Positions 43,597 to 54,298 of a DNA stretch of 64,000 nucleotides are shown here, one piece after another (position 1 is the stretch's first letter; each line of letters opens with the position of its first letter). A program made the position numbers and the translations under genes. The notes below the pieces were generated by a model that was not told where the DNA came from, did not search any database, and worked only from the letters and a program-made list of their open reading frames with translations. This stretch comes from Firmicutes bacterium CAG:582 (GTDB taxonomy: Bacteria; Bacillota_I; Bacilli_A; RF39; UBA660), in contig FR884183.1 in NCBI GenBank assembly GCA_000435515.1, positions 1,980 to 65,979 on the forward strand, read 5' to 3'.

Positions 43597-45777
43597 ATGA
43601 AATATACGAACAATACAATTAAAATCAATTTTGTTTTTATAATTTGTATTGTTCTTTTATTTGTGCTTTTTTTTGTAAAACTTGCTTATGTGGCAACAAA
43701 TGACGTCGTAGAAGGCTCTAATTTGAAAGAAATTGCTGAAGCTAGAAGTACAACAACTAAAACTCTTTATGCAACACGTGGTAATATTTATGATAACGCT
43801 AATAATCTTTTAGCTCAAAATGTTAATTCTTATACTTTAATTGCCTATCTTTCTTCTAGTAGAACTACTGATGAAAGATATCCAAAACATGTTGTAGATA
43901 AAGAAACTACAGCACGAAAACTATCAGAAGTATTAGAACCTATCAATAAGACAATGACCTATGAATATATTTTTAAAAGGTTAAACGTAGAAAATAAGTA
44001 TCAAGTCGAATTTGGATCTGGTGGTAAAAATTTAAGTGAACTTGATAAACAAAAAATTGAAGAACTTGATCTTCCTGGTATCGCGTTTGTTAAATCATCT
44101 AAGAGATATTATCAAAATGGTAATTTTGCTTCATATTTAATCGGTTATGCCAAAAAAAATGAAGAAACTGATGAGATGACTGGAGAACTTGGAATCGAAA
44201 AATTTTGTGATAGGTATTTAAAAGGAAAAGATGGAAGTATTACATATCAACATGATGCTTATGGTTATCAAATGGCTGATAAAGTAAGCCAAAATACACC
44301 AGCCGAGGATGGGTATGATGTTTATCTTACGTTGGATAAACAAGTTCAAATATTTCTTGATAATGCTGTATCAGAATTTGGAACTTATAATCCTTCTTGG
44401 GTAACTATAACAGTTGCTGATGCTAAAACAGGTGCAATTATTGGTTCTTCAACTTCACCTAGTTTTGACCCAAATAAACTTGATTTACAAAACTATAACG
44501 ATCCGCTTATTTCCTATACATATGAACCTGGAAGTACAATGAAAATATTTTCTTTTGCATCAGCTATAGAAGAGGGATTATATAAAGGCGATGAATTATA
44601 TAAGTCAGGTACAGTAGAAGTGGCTGATTATAAAATTAAGGATTGGAATAAAGTTGGTTGGGGAAATATTACTTATGATGTAGGATTCACGTATTCATCT
44701 AACGTTGCGGCAGTTAATTTATCAAAACTATTAAAAAAACAAGGGTTAACTAAATATTATTCTAATTTAGGATTTGGTGAAAAAACTGGTATTGAACTTG
44801 CAAACGAATATAAGGGTGATATCAATTTTGAATATGAAACTGAAGTGGCCTCTGCTTCCTATGGACAAGGTATAACAATAACTCCAATTCAAATGATTCA
44901 AGCCCTTACTACCTTAACAAATGATGGAACTGTTATGAAACCATATATTATTGATAAAATTGTTGATCCAAATAAAAATGAAGTGGTTTATCAAGGTGGT
45001 AAGAAAGAACTTAATAAAGTGTATTCGACATCAACCGTTAATAAAGTTAAAGAACTTATGGATTTAACTGTTAATGGAGCGGATACCGGTGCAACTGGAC
45101 GTGTATATCATACGGATTCAGTTAGACTTATTGGTAAAACTGGTACAGCTAACTATACAAATGGTACTGGTAGTTATGTTGTAGGAAATTACAATGTAAT
45201 AAAATCATTCGCGGGAATATTTCCGAAAGATGATCCAGAATATATTTTATATGTAGCTGTAAAAGATTTTCATGGTACTAGTAAAAATATGGGAACAATT
45301 ATCAAAAAGATGGTTGAAAGTGTTGCTAAATATAAAAACCTTGATACTAGAGTAAGCGATAAAGATGCAAGCAAAATAGTTGATATTGACTCATATGTTA
45401 ATAAAACAGTAACTGCTGCTATATCCTCTTTACAAAGCAAGGGAATAACTCCTTTGATTATCGGTGATGGAAGTCGCGTTATAAAACAATACCCTGAAGC
45501 GGGTGTGAAAACAAGTCAAAGTTCGAAAGTTTTTTTGCTTACAAATAGTAAGAATATAACGATGCCTGATATTAGTGGATGGAGTGAAAGTGAAGTTATT
45601 AATTTTTGTAATTTAGTTAATCTTAAATATAGTTTTAATAACTATGGTTATGTAGAAAACTCAAACATTCCGGCTGGGACAGTGCTTGATACTTTAAATA
45701 TGACACTTGAAGTTAATTTTCAAAATATAAATCCAAATACATATTCAAAAAAGAAAGAGGAGGAGAAAAATGAATAA
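43597..45777 (+). CDS. class B penicillin-binding protein (PBP2B/FtsI/SpoVD type) with two C-terminal PASTA domains
   Basis: TM anchor, dimerisation domain, SxxK GSTMK, SxN YSSN, KTG GKTGTA, then two PASTA-like repeats. Confidence 0.92.
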   Translation: MKYTNNTIKINFVFIICIVLLFVLFFVKLAYVATNDVVEGSNLKEIAEARSTTTKTLYATRGNIYDNANNLLAQNVNSYTLIAYLSSSRTTDERYPKHVVDKETTARKLSEVLEPINKTMTYEYIFKRLNVENKYQVEFGSGGKNLSELDKQKIEELDLPGIAFVKSSKRYYQNGNFASYLIGYAKKNEETDEMTGELGIEKFCDRYLKGKDGSITYQHDAYGYQMADKVSQNTPAEDGYDVYLTLDKQVQIFLDNAVSEFGTYNPSWVTITVADAKTGAIIGSSTSPSFDPNKLDLQNYNDPLISYTYEPGSTMKIFSFASAIEEGLYKGDELYKSGTVEVADYKIKDWNKVGWGNITYDVGFTYSSNVAAVNLSKLLKKQGLTKYYSNLGFGEKTGIELANEYKGDINFEYETEVASASYGQGITITPIQMIQALTTLTNDGTVMKPYIIDKIVDPNKNEVVYQGGKKELNKVYSTSTVNKVKELMDLTVNGADTGATGRVYHTDSVRLIGKTGTANYTNGTGSYVVGNYNVIKSFAGIFPKDDPEYILYVAVKDFHGTSKNMGTIIKKMVESVAKYKNLDTRVSDKDASKIVDIDSYVNKTVTAAISSLQSKGITPLIIGDGSRVIKQYPEAGVKTSQSSKVFLLTNSKNITMPDISGWSESEVINFCNLVNLKYSFNNYGYVENSNIPAGTVLDTLNMTLEVNFQNINPNTYSKKKEEEKNE

Positions 45778-46288
45778 AGTTAAAGAATTTTTTAATAGTC
45801 CTAAAATTATAATAGTAACCTTAATAGTTTTACTTGCTATAAGTGTTTTAGTTATATATAAGCTTAGTACTTCAAGTAAAATTTATATATCTTCTGTAAA
45901 TAATGATGATGTTAGTATTTCGACTATTCATGCTTTTATCAATAATGATATGCATATGTTTTATTCAACTCCTGCTACTTTTAATAATGATGATTATAAA
46001 ATCTATGGAATAACGGCAGGATATTATGTAAAAAATGGAAATGAGTATATGGAATTTTTAACTCAAAGTGATGACTTTTCATCTGCTGAATCATTGACTA
46101 AAACTTTGGAATTCTATAGTGCTTTTAATTATATTGAAAGCAATAATAAACATGATAAGTTTAATGAAACTGTTAAGAAAAACTTTGAAGATAATTTATA
46201 TTTTATAGTTAAAGTAAAAAAGGAAAAAACAAGTAGTTTAGAAACAATTTATGAAAGAAAAATAGAAATGAAAAAAATAACTAAATAA
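45770..46288 (+). CDS. hypothetical membrane-anchored protein
   Basis: 172 aa with an N-terminal TM helix. Overlaps the PBP stop by 8 nt and has a GGAGGAG RBS. Confidence 0.5.
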   Translation: MNKVKEFFNSPKIIIVTLIVLLAISVLVIYKLSTSSKIYISSVNNDDVSISTIHAFINNDMHMFYSTPATFNNDDYKIYGITAGYYVKNGNEYMEFLTQSDDFSSAESLTKTLEFYSAFNYIESNNKHDKFNETVKKNFEDNLYFIVKVKKEKTSSLETIYERKIEMKKITK

Positions 46289-46353
46289 AAGTTATATGAT
46301 ACTTGTTAGTAATTCTTATTTATGATAGTATAGATATTCAAGGAGATGAATGT

Positions 46354-46896
46354 ATGAAAATTATTAGAAATGGTGTAGCTTATATACAAGTTCTTGATTT
46401 TCAAAGACTTTTAGAAAAAGAAAAGTTTGAAATTTTAACTAGTGAAGTCTTTCCTATATTATTTAGGGAAGCAAGCAAGGATTCTGATATGTTCATTATA
46501 TGTAAAGATAACGAAAATGATTTTATTGAATTTAGAAATCCTAAATCAGTTGAATTTTTAACCAGTTTTGAAGAAATTGTTGATTATGATGAAATAAAAG
46601 ATTTAAGTTATGAAGAAATGGATGCATTGAGAGTATGTATTATTAATGAAAAGAACGAAATAGCATCTAAAGTAAATATGATGTCAGCGGAAGAGCAAAA
46701 ACAACATCCAGAGTTATTTGAAAGGTATAATACACTTTCTTCAAAGTTTATGTCACTTAATGATGTTTATTGGTTTAAACGTGGAAAAGTTAAACTAGTT
46801 CTTCCAGATGATGAAAAAGAGTTAAAACCAATCTCGTTTGGTGATGAAATTAAGCTACGTCTAAAAAATGCTTTTAATAGAAAAAATAACAAATAA
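46354..46896 (+). CDS. hypothetical protein
   Basis: ATG 46354 is preceded by an AAGGAG RBS (track start TTG 46303 is less likely). 180 aa with no recognisable motif. Confidence 0.5.
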   Translation: MKIIRNGVAYIQVLDFQRLLEKEKFEILTSEVFPILFREASKDSDMFIICKDNENDFIEFRNPKSVEFLTSFEEIVDYDEIKDLSYEEMDALRVCIINEKNEIASKVNMMSAEEQKQHPELFERYNTLSSKFMSLNDVYWFKRGKVKLVLPDDEKELKPISFGDEIKLRLKNAFNRKNNK

Positions 46897-46897
46897 A

Positions 46898-46920
46898 AAA
46901 ACGACCTTAAAAGTCGTTTT
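46898..46920. terminator. bidirectional hairpin terminator
   Basis: Stem aaaacgac / gtcgtttt (46898-46905 / 46913-46920), flanked by A-runs and T-runs. Lies between a + strand ORF and the - strand tRNA-Glu. Confidence 0.6.
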
Positions 46921-46930
46921 AATTATACAT

Positions 46931-47007
46931 TGGTGACCCGTACGGGATTTGAACCCATGAATGCATGCGTGAAAGGCATGTGTGTTAAACCACTTCACCA
47001 ACGGGCC
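46931..47007 (-). tRNA. tRNA-Glu (anticodon TTC)
   Basis: The reverse complement folds as a cloverleaf. Acceptor GGCCCGT/ACGGGTC, anticodon stem CATGC/GCATG with loop CTTTCAC, T arm ATGGG-TTCAAAT-CCCGT, encoded CCA. A TTGACA-18-TATTAT promoter lies on the - strand at 47018-47047. Confidence 0.9.
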
Positions 47008-47120
47008 GTGCAAATAGATAATACTATAATTTGTATATTTATGTCAAGTAAAATGTTTATTAAATTTAAAAATATATATATTTTTGTTTAAGTGATATAA
47101 TAAGAAATAGAGGTGTTAGT

Positions 47121-48587
47121 ATGCGTAGAGTTAAAAGAAAATTTATTAAAATAAATGATGTTTATGTTGAAATAACTAGAATTATTTTAGCTTTATTTTT
47201 GTTTACTATAAGTATGTTTTTATCAAAATCAATGTTTCAACCTAGAAAAACGTATTCTTTAGTGTTAAATGGAAATACAAGTGTTGATGTATCAATAAAA
47301 AATGATTATACTGATGCTGGATTTAAATTTTTAGAGAATAATAAAAAAATTGAAGCAAATGAATTAAAAATAAATGTAAAAAATGATGTTGATACAAATA
47401 ATTTAGGTCAATATGCTTATACATATGAGGTTATATATAAAAATACAACATATACTGCAAAGAGAATTGTAAATGTTGTTGATAATATTCCTCCTGTAAT
47501 AAAAACAGATATGCAACAAGTTGAATTGTTTTCTTGTCAAAAAGACGGAAAATTGAATATTGAATATTCGGCGGAGGATAATTATGATGGAGTAATAACT
47601 GATAAAGTTAAGGAAAAAATAGATGCTAATAAAGTTATTTTAAGTGTTGTTGATTCTTCTGGTAATGAAACAACAAAGGAAATTCCTATAGTTGAAACGG
47701 AAGAACCTAGTCCAAAAATCTCTTTAAACGGGAGAGAAATTGTATATGTTAAACAAAATGAAACTTATATCGAAGAGGGAGCGATCGCTTTTGATGCTTG
47801 TGAAAACAAAATAGATGATGAGGTTAAAATTGAAGGAAGTGTTGATACAACTAAAGTCGGAACCTATGAAATTAAATACAGTGTTACTAGTGGAACTAAA
47901 ACAAGTGTAAAAACGCGTACAGTTATTGTTTATGATGGAATAATCAATAATCCTATATCTCCAAACAGGGATAAAGTAGTTTATTTGACTTTTGATGACG
48001 GCCCTGGAAGATACACTGAAGAACTTTTAGATATTTTAAAAAAATATAATGTTAAAGCAACATTTTTTGTAACTAATCAATTTAAAGCTTATGTTCCTTT
48101 GATAAAAAGAGAGCATGATGAGGGACACAGTATTGCTATTCACACATTAACTCATAAATGGAGTGTTTATGATTCTGTAGAAACGTATATAAAAGATTTT
48201 AATGACATGAACAATATTGTAGAGCAATATACCGGGTCAAAGACTAATTTATTTAGATTCCCTGGAGGTAGTTCTAATACAATAAGTAGGGGACACTCGA
48301 AAGGTGTTGTATCAGCAATTGCTAATGAGATGACAAAAAGGGGATATGTTTATTTTGATTGGAATGTTGATTCAAATGATGCAGCAGGAGCAAATTCTAG
48401 TCAAATATATAGCAATGTGACCACGGGAATAAGTAAAAGACATGAATCAGTTGTATTAATGCATGATATTAAAAGAAGTACAATTGATGTAATTGAGGAT
48501 ATTATTGTTTATGGATTGAATAATGGCTATACATTTGATACCTTAAATGTGTCATCTCCAACTGTACACCATCACATAAATAATTGA
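47121..48587 (+). CDS. polysaccharide deacetylase (NodB/CE4 family) with TM anchor and Ig-like repeats
   Basis: TM helix, two Ig-like repeats of about 70 aa (...GTYEIKYSVTSG...), and a NodB domain with VYLTFDDGPG, HSIAIHTLTH, FRFPGGS. Confidence 0.88.
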   Translation: MRRVKRKFIKINDVYVEITRIILALFLFTISMFLSKSMFQPRKTYSLVLNGNTSVDVSIKNDYTDAGFKFLENNKKIEANELKINVKNDVDTNNLGQYAYTYEVIYKNTTYTAKRIVNVVDNIPPVIKTDMQQVELFSCQKDGKLNIEYSAEDNYDGVITDKVKEKIDANKVILSVVDSSGNETTKEIPIVETEEPSPKISLNGREIVYVKQNETYIEEGAIAFDACENKIDDEVKIEGSVDTTKVGTYEIKYSVTSGTKTSVKTRTVIVYDGIINNPISPNRDKVVYLTFDDGPGRYTEELLDILKKYNVKATFFVTNQFKAYVPLIKREHDEGHSIAIHTLTHKWSVYDSVETYIKDFNDMNNIVEQYTGSKTNLFRFPGGSSNTISRGHSKGVVSAIANEMTKRGYVYFDWNVDSNDAAGANSSQIYSNVTTGISKRHESVVLMHDIKRSTIDVIEDIIVYGLNNGYTFDTLNVSSPTVHHHINN

Positions 48588-48632
48588 TTTTACTGTATAT
48601 TTAATTTATAATTAAACTATGAGGTGTTGTAA

Positions 48633-49616
48633 ATGGACAGTAAAAAAGATGTAAATAATAAACAAAAGTCTTATTTAACAAAAAAGGAAAAAGAAAATAT
48701 TAGAAAAGGTGTGCTTGAGGAAATAAATGATGAAGTTCGTTCTAGTTTATGTGAAAATGTATTAAATGATGTTAATGAACGCATCAATGAAGAATATAAA
48801 GAAAATTTAAAAGAGACTATTTCTAGTGAAATAATAAATGATATTAAAGAAAATATTAAAGAAGATGAGAAGAAGATGTCTCGTCGTAAAAATTTCAAAA
48901 TAGTAAGATTATATATTTATATTTTGCTGTTAATGGCAGGATCGATTTTCTTAATCTATAAATTATATGTAACCGGTAATTTAGATGTTGTAAAGGATAT
49001 AAAAATATCTACAACGACAACAACGACAACAACTGCGTTAGTTAAAGATTTAAAATGGTACATGAATAAATATGGAAACATTTTAGATAACATAAAAATT
49101 GATAATGTTTCGTTACTAAAAGGGAATTTTGATATAAGTAAGATTGATGTTAAAGATAAACTTTCAATTGCTTATAATAATCTTTCGAGTGATTCTATTA
49201 CAAAAGATGGGATGATTTATTCTGTTAAAGAAGAAGATTTAAAAAATTCGTATGTAGCTATATTTGGTAGTGAAGATGGATATGAACCAAGTTCGTTTCA
49301 AGTTGATGGAGTAGTTTTTGCTTATTCCTTATCTAATGCAAGTTATATGGCTGTTGCTAATAAAGAAAATGCAAGTGAAAACATTTTGATGGAAATAACT
49401 AACATCAAAGAAGAAGATGGGGAACTTGTTGTTGATTGTATAACAGCCTTAGTAAAAGAAAGTAAACTTTATAATATAAACAATCTGGATGTTGCTTTGA
49501 AAGACTACAACAGTGGCGAATCTTTGAAAACATCTGAAAATAGCTTATCAAAAAATAGATTTACATTTAAACTTATTAATGATAAATATTATATAAGCTC
49601 AATTTCGATTATTTAA
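48633..49616 (+). CDS. hypothetical membrane-anchored protein
   Basis: 327 aa. Charged N-terminus, TM helix, Thr-run linker, extracellular domain. No recognisable motif. Confidence 0.55.
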   Translation: MDSKKDVNNKQKSYLTKKEKENIRKGVLEEINDEVRSSLCENVLNDVNERINEEYKENLKETISSEIINDIKENIKEDEKKMSRRKNFKIVRLYIYILLLMAGSIFLIYKLYVTGNLDVVKDIKISTTTTTTTTALVKDLKWYMNKYGNILDNIKIDNVSLLKGNFDISKIDVKDKLSIAYNNLSSDSITKDGMIYSVKEEDLKNSYVAIFGSEDGYEPSSFQVDGVVFAYSLSNASYMAVANKENASENILMEITNIKEEDGELVVDCITALVKESKLYNINNLDVALKDYNSGESLKTSENSLSKNRFTFKLINDKYYISSISII

Positions 49617-49641
49617 ATATGCTTTTTTAGCATATTTTTTT
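49616..49641 (+). terminator. rho-independent terminator
   Basis: Stem aatatgct / agcatatt (49616-49623 / 49629-49636) followed by a T-run. Confidence 0.65.
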
Positions 49642-49698
49642 ATTTTTCAAGAAAATCATAAATTTATCGTTAAAGATATTTATAGGAGGAATAAATTT

Positions 49699-50109
49699 AT
49701 GAATTATGAGAATTATATACATAACTTATTTGTTGATGATGAGATATTTAAGTACTCGATAAATGAAATAGAAAATCAACACGAAATAAGTTTTTATATT
49801 CGTTTTGGGAGTGCTCTTTATAATTTAAATCATGATTATGGATCAATTGGTTTAAGAAAAATAGTTGATTATATTAACTCGGAAATAAATCAAGATATTA
49901 CTTTAAAAGAAATAAAACAAATTATAAAGTTTTTTAAATTAATATGTCATGGTATGATAATAAGTTATAAAATTACATTTGATTATTATAAATGTTTATT
50001 AAAATATGACGATATTGTGTTTATTAATAGTTGCATTGAACTTGCTGATAGAAATCCGTTAGACTTGGAACGCTTTGAAGAAATTGTTACTAATAAAAAA
50101 AATAGTTAA
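49699..50109 (+). CDS. hypothetical protein
   Basis: 136-aa ORF with an AGGAGGA RBS. No recognisable motif. Confidence 0.5.
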   Translation: MNYENYIHNLFVDDEIFKYSINEIENQHEISFYIRFGSALYNLNHDYGSIGLRKIVDYINSEINQDITLKEIKQIIKFFKLICHGMIISYKITFDYYKCLLKYDDIVFINSCIELADRNPLDLERFEEIVTNKKNS

Positions 50110-50182
50110 GGTTTACAGTTAATGCTTGTAAATTATTATTAATTATTTTTTTATTATGCTATAATAATTGTATGGTGATTGT

Positions 50183-50884
50183 ATGGAGTTCATAGAACTA
50201 AAAAATGTTTATAAAGTATATAAAAATGGAGTAACCGCGTTAGCAGATGTAAATCTTACAATAAGCGCAGGAGAATTTGTGTTCATTATTGGTGAATCTG
50301 GTTCTGGTAAGTCAACCCTTACAAAACTTTTATATAGAGAAGAAAAACCAAATAAAGGTAGTGTTTTTGTTGGTGGAATTAATGTATCAGGTTTAAGAAA
50401 TAGTAATGTTTATAAATTAAGAAGAAAAATAGGCGTTGTATTTCAAGATTTTAAGCTATTACCAAAGTTAACTGTTTATGAAAATGTTGCTTATCCGCTT
50501 GAAAGTTATGGCGTTGATAAAAACGAAATTAAGAATAGAGTCTTAAAAGCTGTTGAAAGAGTTGGACTTAAAAATAAACTTAGAAGTTATCCTAATCAGT
50601 TATCTGGTGGAGAACAACAAAGGGTATGTATTGCTCGTGCAATAGTTAATGAACCAAAACTTATTATATGTGATGAACCAACCGGGGATTTAGACCCTAA
50701 GATGAGTAAAGAAATAATGGATGTTATCAATAATATAAATAAAGAACTTGGGTCAACGATTATAATGGCTACGCATGACAAGGAAATTGTAAATAGAATG
50801 AAAAAGAGAGTTATTGCTATTCATAATGGTGTAGTAGTGTCTGATAAAAAGAAGGGAAGTTATATAGAAGATGAGACTGTTTAG
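50183..50884 (+). CDS. ftsE: cell division ATP-binding protein FtsE
   Basis: Walker A GESGSGKST, signature LSGGEQQR, Walker B IICDEPTGDLD. Followed by ftsX. ATG 50183 is preferred. Confidence 0.92.
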   Translation: MEFIELKNVYKVYKNGVTALADVNLTISAGEFVFIIGESGSGKSTLTKLLYREEKPNKGSVFVGGINVSGLRNSNVYKLRRKIGVVFQDFKLLPKLTVYENVAYPLESYGVDKNEIKNRVLKAVERVGLKNKLRSYPNQLSGGEQQRVCIARAIVNEPKLIICDEPTGDLDPKMSKEIMDVINNINKELGSTIIMATHDKEIVNRMKKRVIAIHNGVVVSDKKKGSYIEDETV

Positions 50885-51767
50885 AATTTTAGGTAAAAGT
50901 ATTAGCAACGCTTTTAAAAGTATTGTTCGTAATTTCTCACTTAGTTTAGCTTCTATATCATGTACAGCAATTACTTTAATTTTGGTGTCAATTGCCTTGC
51001 TTGCAACATATAATGTTAACTCGATGACAAAGAATATTGAAGGATCGATGACGATAATCGCGTTTATTGATGAAAATGCGACTGATGAAGAAATAGAAAA
51101 TGTTAAAAATACGATATATAGTATAGAAAATGTTGATAAGGATAAAACGATCTTTCGCAGTAAAGATGAAATAAAAAATGATTTATTAAACGATGAAAAT
51201 ATTAAAGAAACATTATCCGTTTTTGATGAAAATCCTTTACTTTCAACAATGGTAGTAAATGTAAAAAACGTAAGAAAGATTACTTCTACTGCAAACGAAA
51301 TAAAAAGTGTTGATAAAGTTAAATATGTAAAATATGGAGAATCTATTGTTAATGAGGTTTTGAATGCATTTGATTTTGCAAGATATGCTTGTATTGTAGC
51401 CGTTATAGCTTTGGTGTTGGTAACTATATTCTTAAATGAAAATACAATTAAAATCACAATTTTTTCGAGAAAAAATGAAATTGGTATTATGAGGTTAGTT
51501 GGTACAAGTAATATTGTTATTAAACTTCCATTTATATTTGAAGGATTTATTCTTGGACTTATAGGAGCTATTTTACCAATCGTGATTACAATATTTGGAT
51601 ATTCATACTTTTATGATGTTTTAGGTGGAAAAATATATACTGATTTATTAACTCTTGTAAAACCAAGTGATATTGTTTATATATCAAGTTTCGTTTTGGC
51701 AATTATTGGTTCTTTAGTTGGTGTATTTGGTTCAATAAAAGCTGTAAGGAGATATTTGAAGATATGA
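50871..51767 (+). CDS. ftsX: cell division permease FtsX
   Basis: 298 aa. TM1, an extracellular domain of about 100 aa, and three C-terminal TM helices with the conserved EIGIMRLVG block. Overlaps ftsE by 14 nt. Confidence 0.85.
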   Translation: MRLFRILGKSISNAFKSIVRNFSLSLASISCTAITLILVSIALLATYNVNSMTKNIEGSMTIIAFIDENATDEEIENVKNTIYSIENVDKDKTIFRSKDEIKNDLLNDENIKETLSVFDENPLLSTMVVNVKNVRKITSTANEIKSVDKVKYVKYGESIVNEVLNAFDFARYACIVAVIALVLVTIFLNENTIKITIFSRKNEIGIMRLVGTSNIVIKLPFIFEGFILGLIGAILPIVITIFGYSYFYDVLGGKIYTDLLTLVKPSDIVYISSFVLAIIGSLVGVFGSIKAVRRYLKI

Positions 51768-52963
51768 TGAAAAAAGTAGTAATTATAATGTGTGCGGCTT
51801 TAATTTTGGTTACTGGAACAAGTACATATGCTGCTAGTAAAGCTCGTACCTTAAGGGAACTTCGTGCAGAACTTGCCTCTTGGAAGAAAGAACAAGCAGC
51901 AAATGAGTCTAAAAAAACTGCTACTAAAAATGAAATTAGCAGTGCGAAGGCATCCGTTTCTAGCAAGCAAACAGAAATATCCAATAATCAACAAAAAATA
52001 GCTAGTTCTCTTGCTGAATCAGAACAACTTGGAAAAGATATTGAAAATGGTAAAACTGAGCTTGAAAAAATAGTAAAAAATTATCAAGTTTCTAAAGGAG
52101 ATAATGTTTACTTAGAATACATATTTAAAGCAACAAGTTATGAAGATTTAATTTATAGATATGCAGTTATGGAGCAACTTATGGATTATCAAAAGAATAA
52201 GATAGACGAGTGGAAAGGTAAAATTGAATATAATACTCAATTGAAAATTGATCTTGAAAATAGGGAAGTTGAACTTAGTAATCAAATAGATAGTTTAGCA
52301 AATGATATAAAATCATTGAATAACAAACTATCAGATTATTTAGACGTTACAATGGATATTAAGGATGAAATTGCATCAACTCAAGAGTTAATTAATTATT
52401 ATGAAAAGATTGGTTGTAAAGAAGATGAGGACCTTGAAAAGTGTGTAAGTGTAAAAGGAGATACTGGTTTCTTACGACCTTTAAATAGAGGAACAACGAC
52501 TTCATATTTTGGATATAGAACTCATCCTGTTACAGGAGTTAAAAATAAGTTTCATTCTGGAATAGATATTGGAGGAAACAAAGAGGGAACAAATGTTTAT
52601 AGTGTAGCAAATGGAATGGTTTCTAAAATCGTTAGAAAGGCTAGTTGTGGTGGAAATCAAGTGTATATTCAACACTTAATAAATGGTAAACAATATACAT
52701 CTTGTTATATGCATCTTTTAACTATAAAGGTTAGTGTTGGTGATAAAGTTACTAATCAAACCATTGTTGGAACTGTAGGTGGAGGATCAGGAACTCCATG
52801 GGATTCTTGTTCAACTGGTGCTCATTTGCATTTTGGATTGGGTACTGGTTGGTATGGAACAACTTATACTTCGTATTCAAAATGGGTTGCTAATCTTGTT
52901 GATCCAAAAGGATATTTGAAATTTCCTGATTTGAGAAAGTATTTCTATACGAGAGTATTATAA
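51764..52963 (+). CDS. M23-family peptidoglycan hydrolase with N-terminal coiled coil (EnvC/PcsB-type FtsEX partner)
   Basis: Signal peptide, a long heptad-rich region, and an M23 domain with HSGIDIG and GAHLHFG. ATGA overlap with ftsX. Confidence 0.88.
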   Translation: MMKKVVIIMCAALILVTGTSTYAASKARTLRELRAELASWKKEQAANESKKTATKNEISSAKASVSSKQTEISNNQQKIASSLAESEQLGKDIENGKTELEKIVKNYQVSKGDNVYLEYIFKATSYEDLIYRYAVMEQLMDYQKNKIDEWKGKIEYNTQLKIDLENREVELSNQIDSLANDIKSLNNKLSDYLDVTMDIKDEIASTQELINYYEKIGCKEDEDLEKCVSVKGDTGFLRPLNRGTTTSYFGYRTHPVTGVKNKFHSGIDIGGNKEGTNVYSVANGMVSKIVRKASCGGNQVYIQHLINGKQYTSCYMHLLTIKVSVGDKVTNQTIVGTVGGGSGTPWDSCSTGAHLHFGLGTGWYGTTYTSYSKWVANLVDPKGYLKFPDLRKYFYTRVL

Positions 52964-53016
52964 GTATATTAGCTTATATTTAAAGCATATTATTATTAGA
53001 ACTAGGAGGCTTATAT

Positions 53017-54231
53017 ATGAAAAAAAATAATAATTTAAAAAATATATTGTTGTTAGTTGCTATAGTTATCGCTATATTCTTTATTCTTGCGTTTTTACCA
53101 AATACGCCAATTTGGAATATAGTTGTACTTTTACTTATTTTAAGCGTTTTGATTTTTGTTCATGAGGGAGGGCATTTCTTAGTAGCAAAAAAATGTGGAG
53201 TACATGTTTATGAATTTGCTTTAGGAATGGGTCCTAAAATTCTTACATTTAAAAGGAAAAATGATCCTACTGAATACACGTTAAGAGCTTTCCCAATTGG
53301 TGGATTTTGCGCGATGGCCGGTGAAGAGGGAGAAGATGATGAAAATCTTCCTAAGGATAAATTTATGTGTAATAAATCTAAAATAAAAAGAATATTGATC
53401 TTAGTTGCTGGTGTTACAATGAATTTTATTACGGCTATCATTTTACTTTTCATGATTGGACTTTTTTATGGAAGTACTGAGCAATCAAGCATTATTGGGT
53501 CTGTTCAAAGCGGAAGCTCAGCTGAAAAAGCTGGATTAAAGAAAAATGATATAATTATTGGATGCAATGGTTATAAAGTCAATACTTGGGATAAACTTAC
53601 GATAGTAACAAACTTAAAAAATAAAAATGATTATTATACATATAAAATAAAACATGAAGATGGAAGTATTGATGAGTATAAAATAGTTCCAGACACATAT
53701 GCTGTTTTTGACGATAAAACAATAAAATTAGATGATTCTACAACTCTTGAAAGTGTATTAAAAGAATATAATAAAAAAGAAAAGGATGTAACTATAACTA
53801 AGTTGGTTGGAATATCTGCCTCAAGCGAGATACATAAAGGTTTTGGCTATGCAATAAAATATGCATTTTCTAAATTTGGTAGTATAGTTTCTACAATGCT
53901 TTTAATATTAGGCTCATTATTTACAGGCAAACTTGGATTATCGGCATTATCTGGACCTGTTGGAATGTATTCAGTTGTTGGAACAGTTGCTCAAGCGGGA
54001 TTTGCCAATTTAATATATTTGATGTCTTATTTCTCCATTAACTTAGGTGTTTTAAATATTTTACCTTTTCCTGCATTTGATGGTGGAAGAGTATTGTTTG
54101 TATTAATAGAGGCGATTACTAGAAAAAAAGTTGATTCTAAAATAGAAGGTTATTTTCATTCGATTGGTTTTATACTTATTATGCTTCTTATGCTTTATAT
54201 TACTTTCCAAGATGTACTTAGATTATTCTAA
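53017..54231 (+). CDS. rseP: RIP metalloprotease RseP/RasP (site-2 protease, M50)
   Basis: HEGGHF zinc motif, central PDZ domain, LNILPFPAFDGG motif. Confidence 0.9.
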   Translation: MKKNNNLKNILLLVAIVIAIFFILAFLPNTPIWNIVVLLLILSVLIFVHEGGHFLVAKKCGVHVYEFALGMGPKILTFKRKNDPTEYTLRAFPIGGFCAMAGEEGEDDENLPKDKFMCNKSKIKRILILVAGVTMNFITAIILLFMIGLFYGSTEQSSIIGSVQSGSSAEKAGLKKNDIIIGCNGYKVNTWDKLTIVTNLKNKNDYYTYKIKHEDGSIDEYKIVPDTYAVFDDKTIKLDDSTTLESVLKEYNKKEKDVTITKLVGISASSEIHKGFGYAIKYAFSKFGSIVSTMLLILGSLFTGKLGLSALSGPVGMYSVVGTVAQAGFANLIYLMSYFSINLGVLNILPFPAFDGGRVLFVLIEAITRKKVDSKIEGYFHSIGFILIMLLMLYITFQDVLRLF

Positions 54232-54298
54232 TACATCTTTTTTCTTGTTTAACTTCTTTTTATGTGATAATATTGTTATTGTAGAATAGAGGGATTGA

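Noticed and set aside
50753-51457. 234-aa ORF on the - strand
   Set aside because: It lies entirely antisense to ftsE/ftsX, whose + strand products have clear family motifs. The translation is low-complexity (Ser/Phe/Ile/Leu-rich), as expected for the reverse frame of an AT-rich gene, and there is no RBS.
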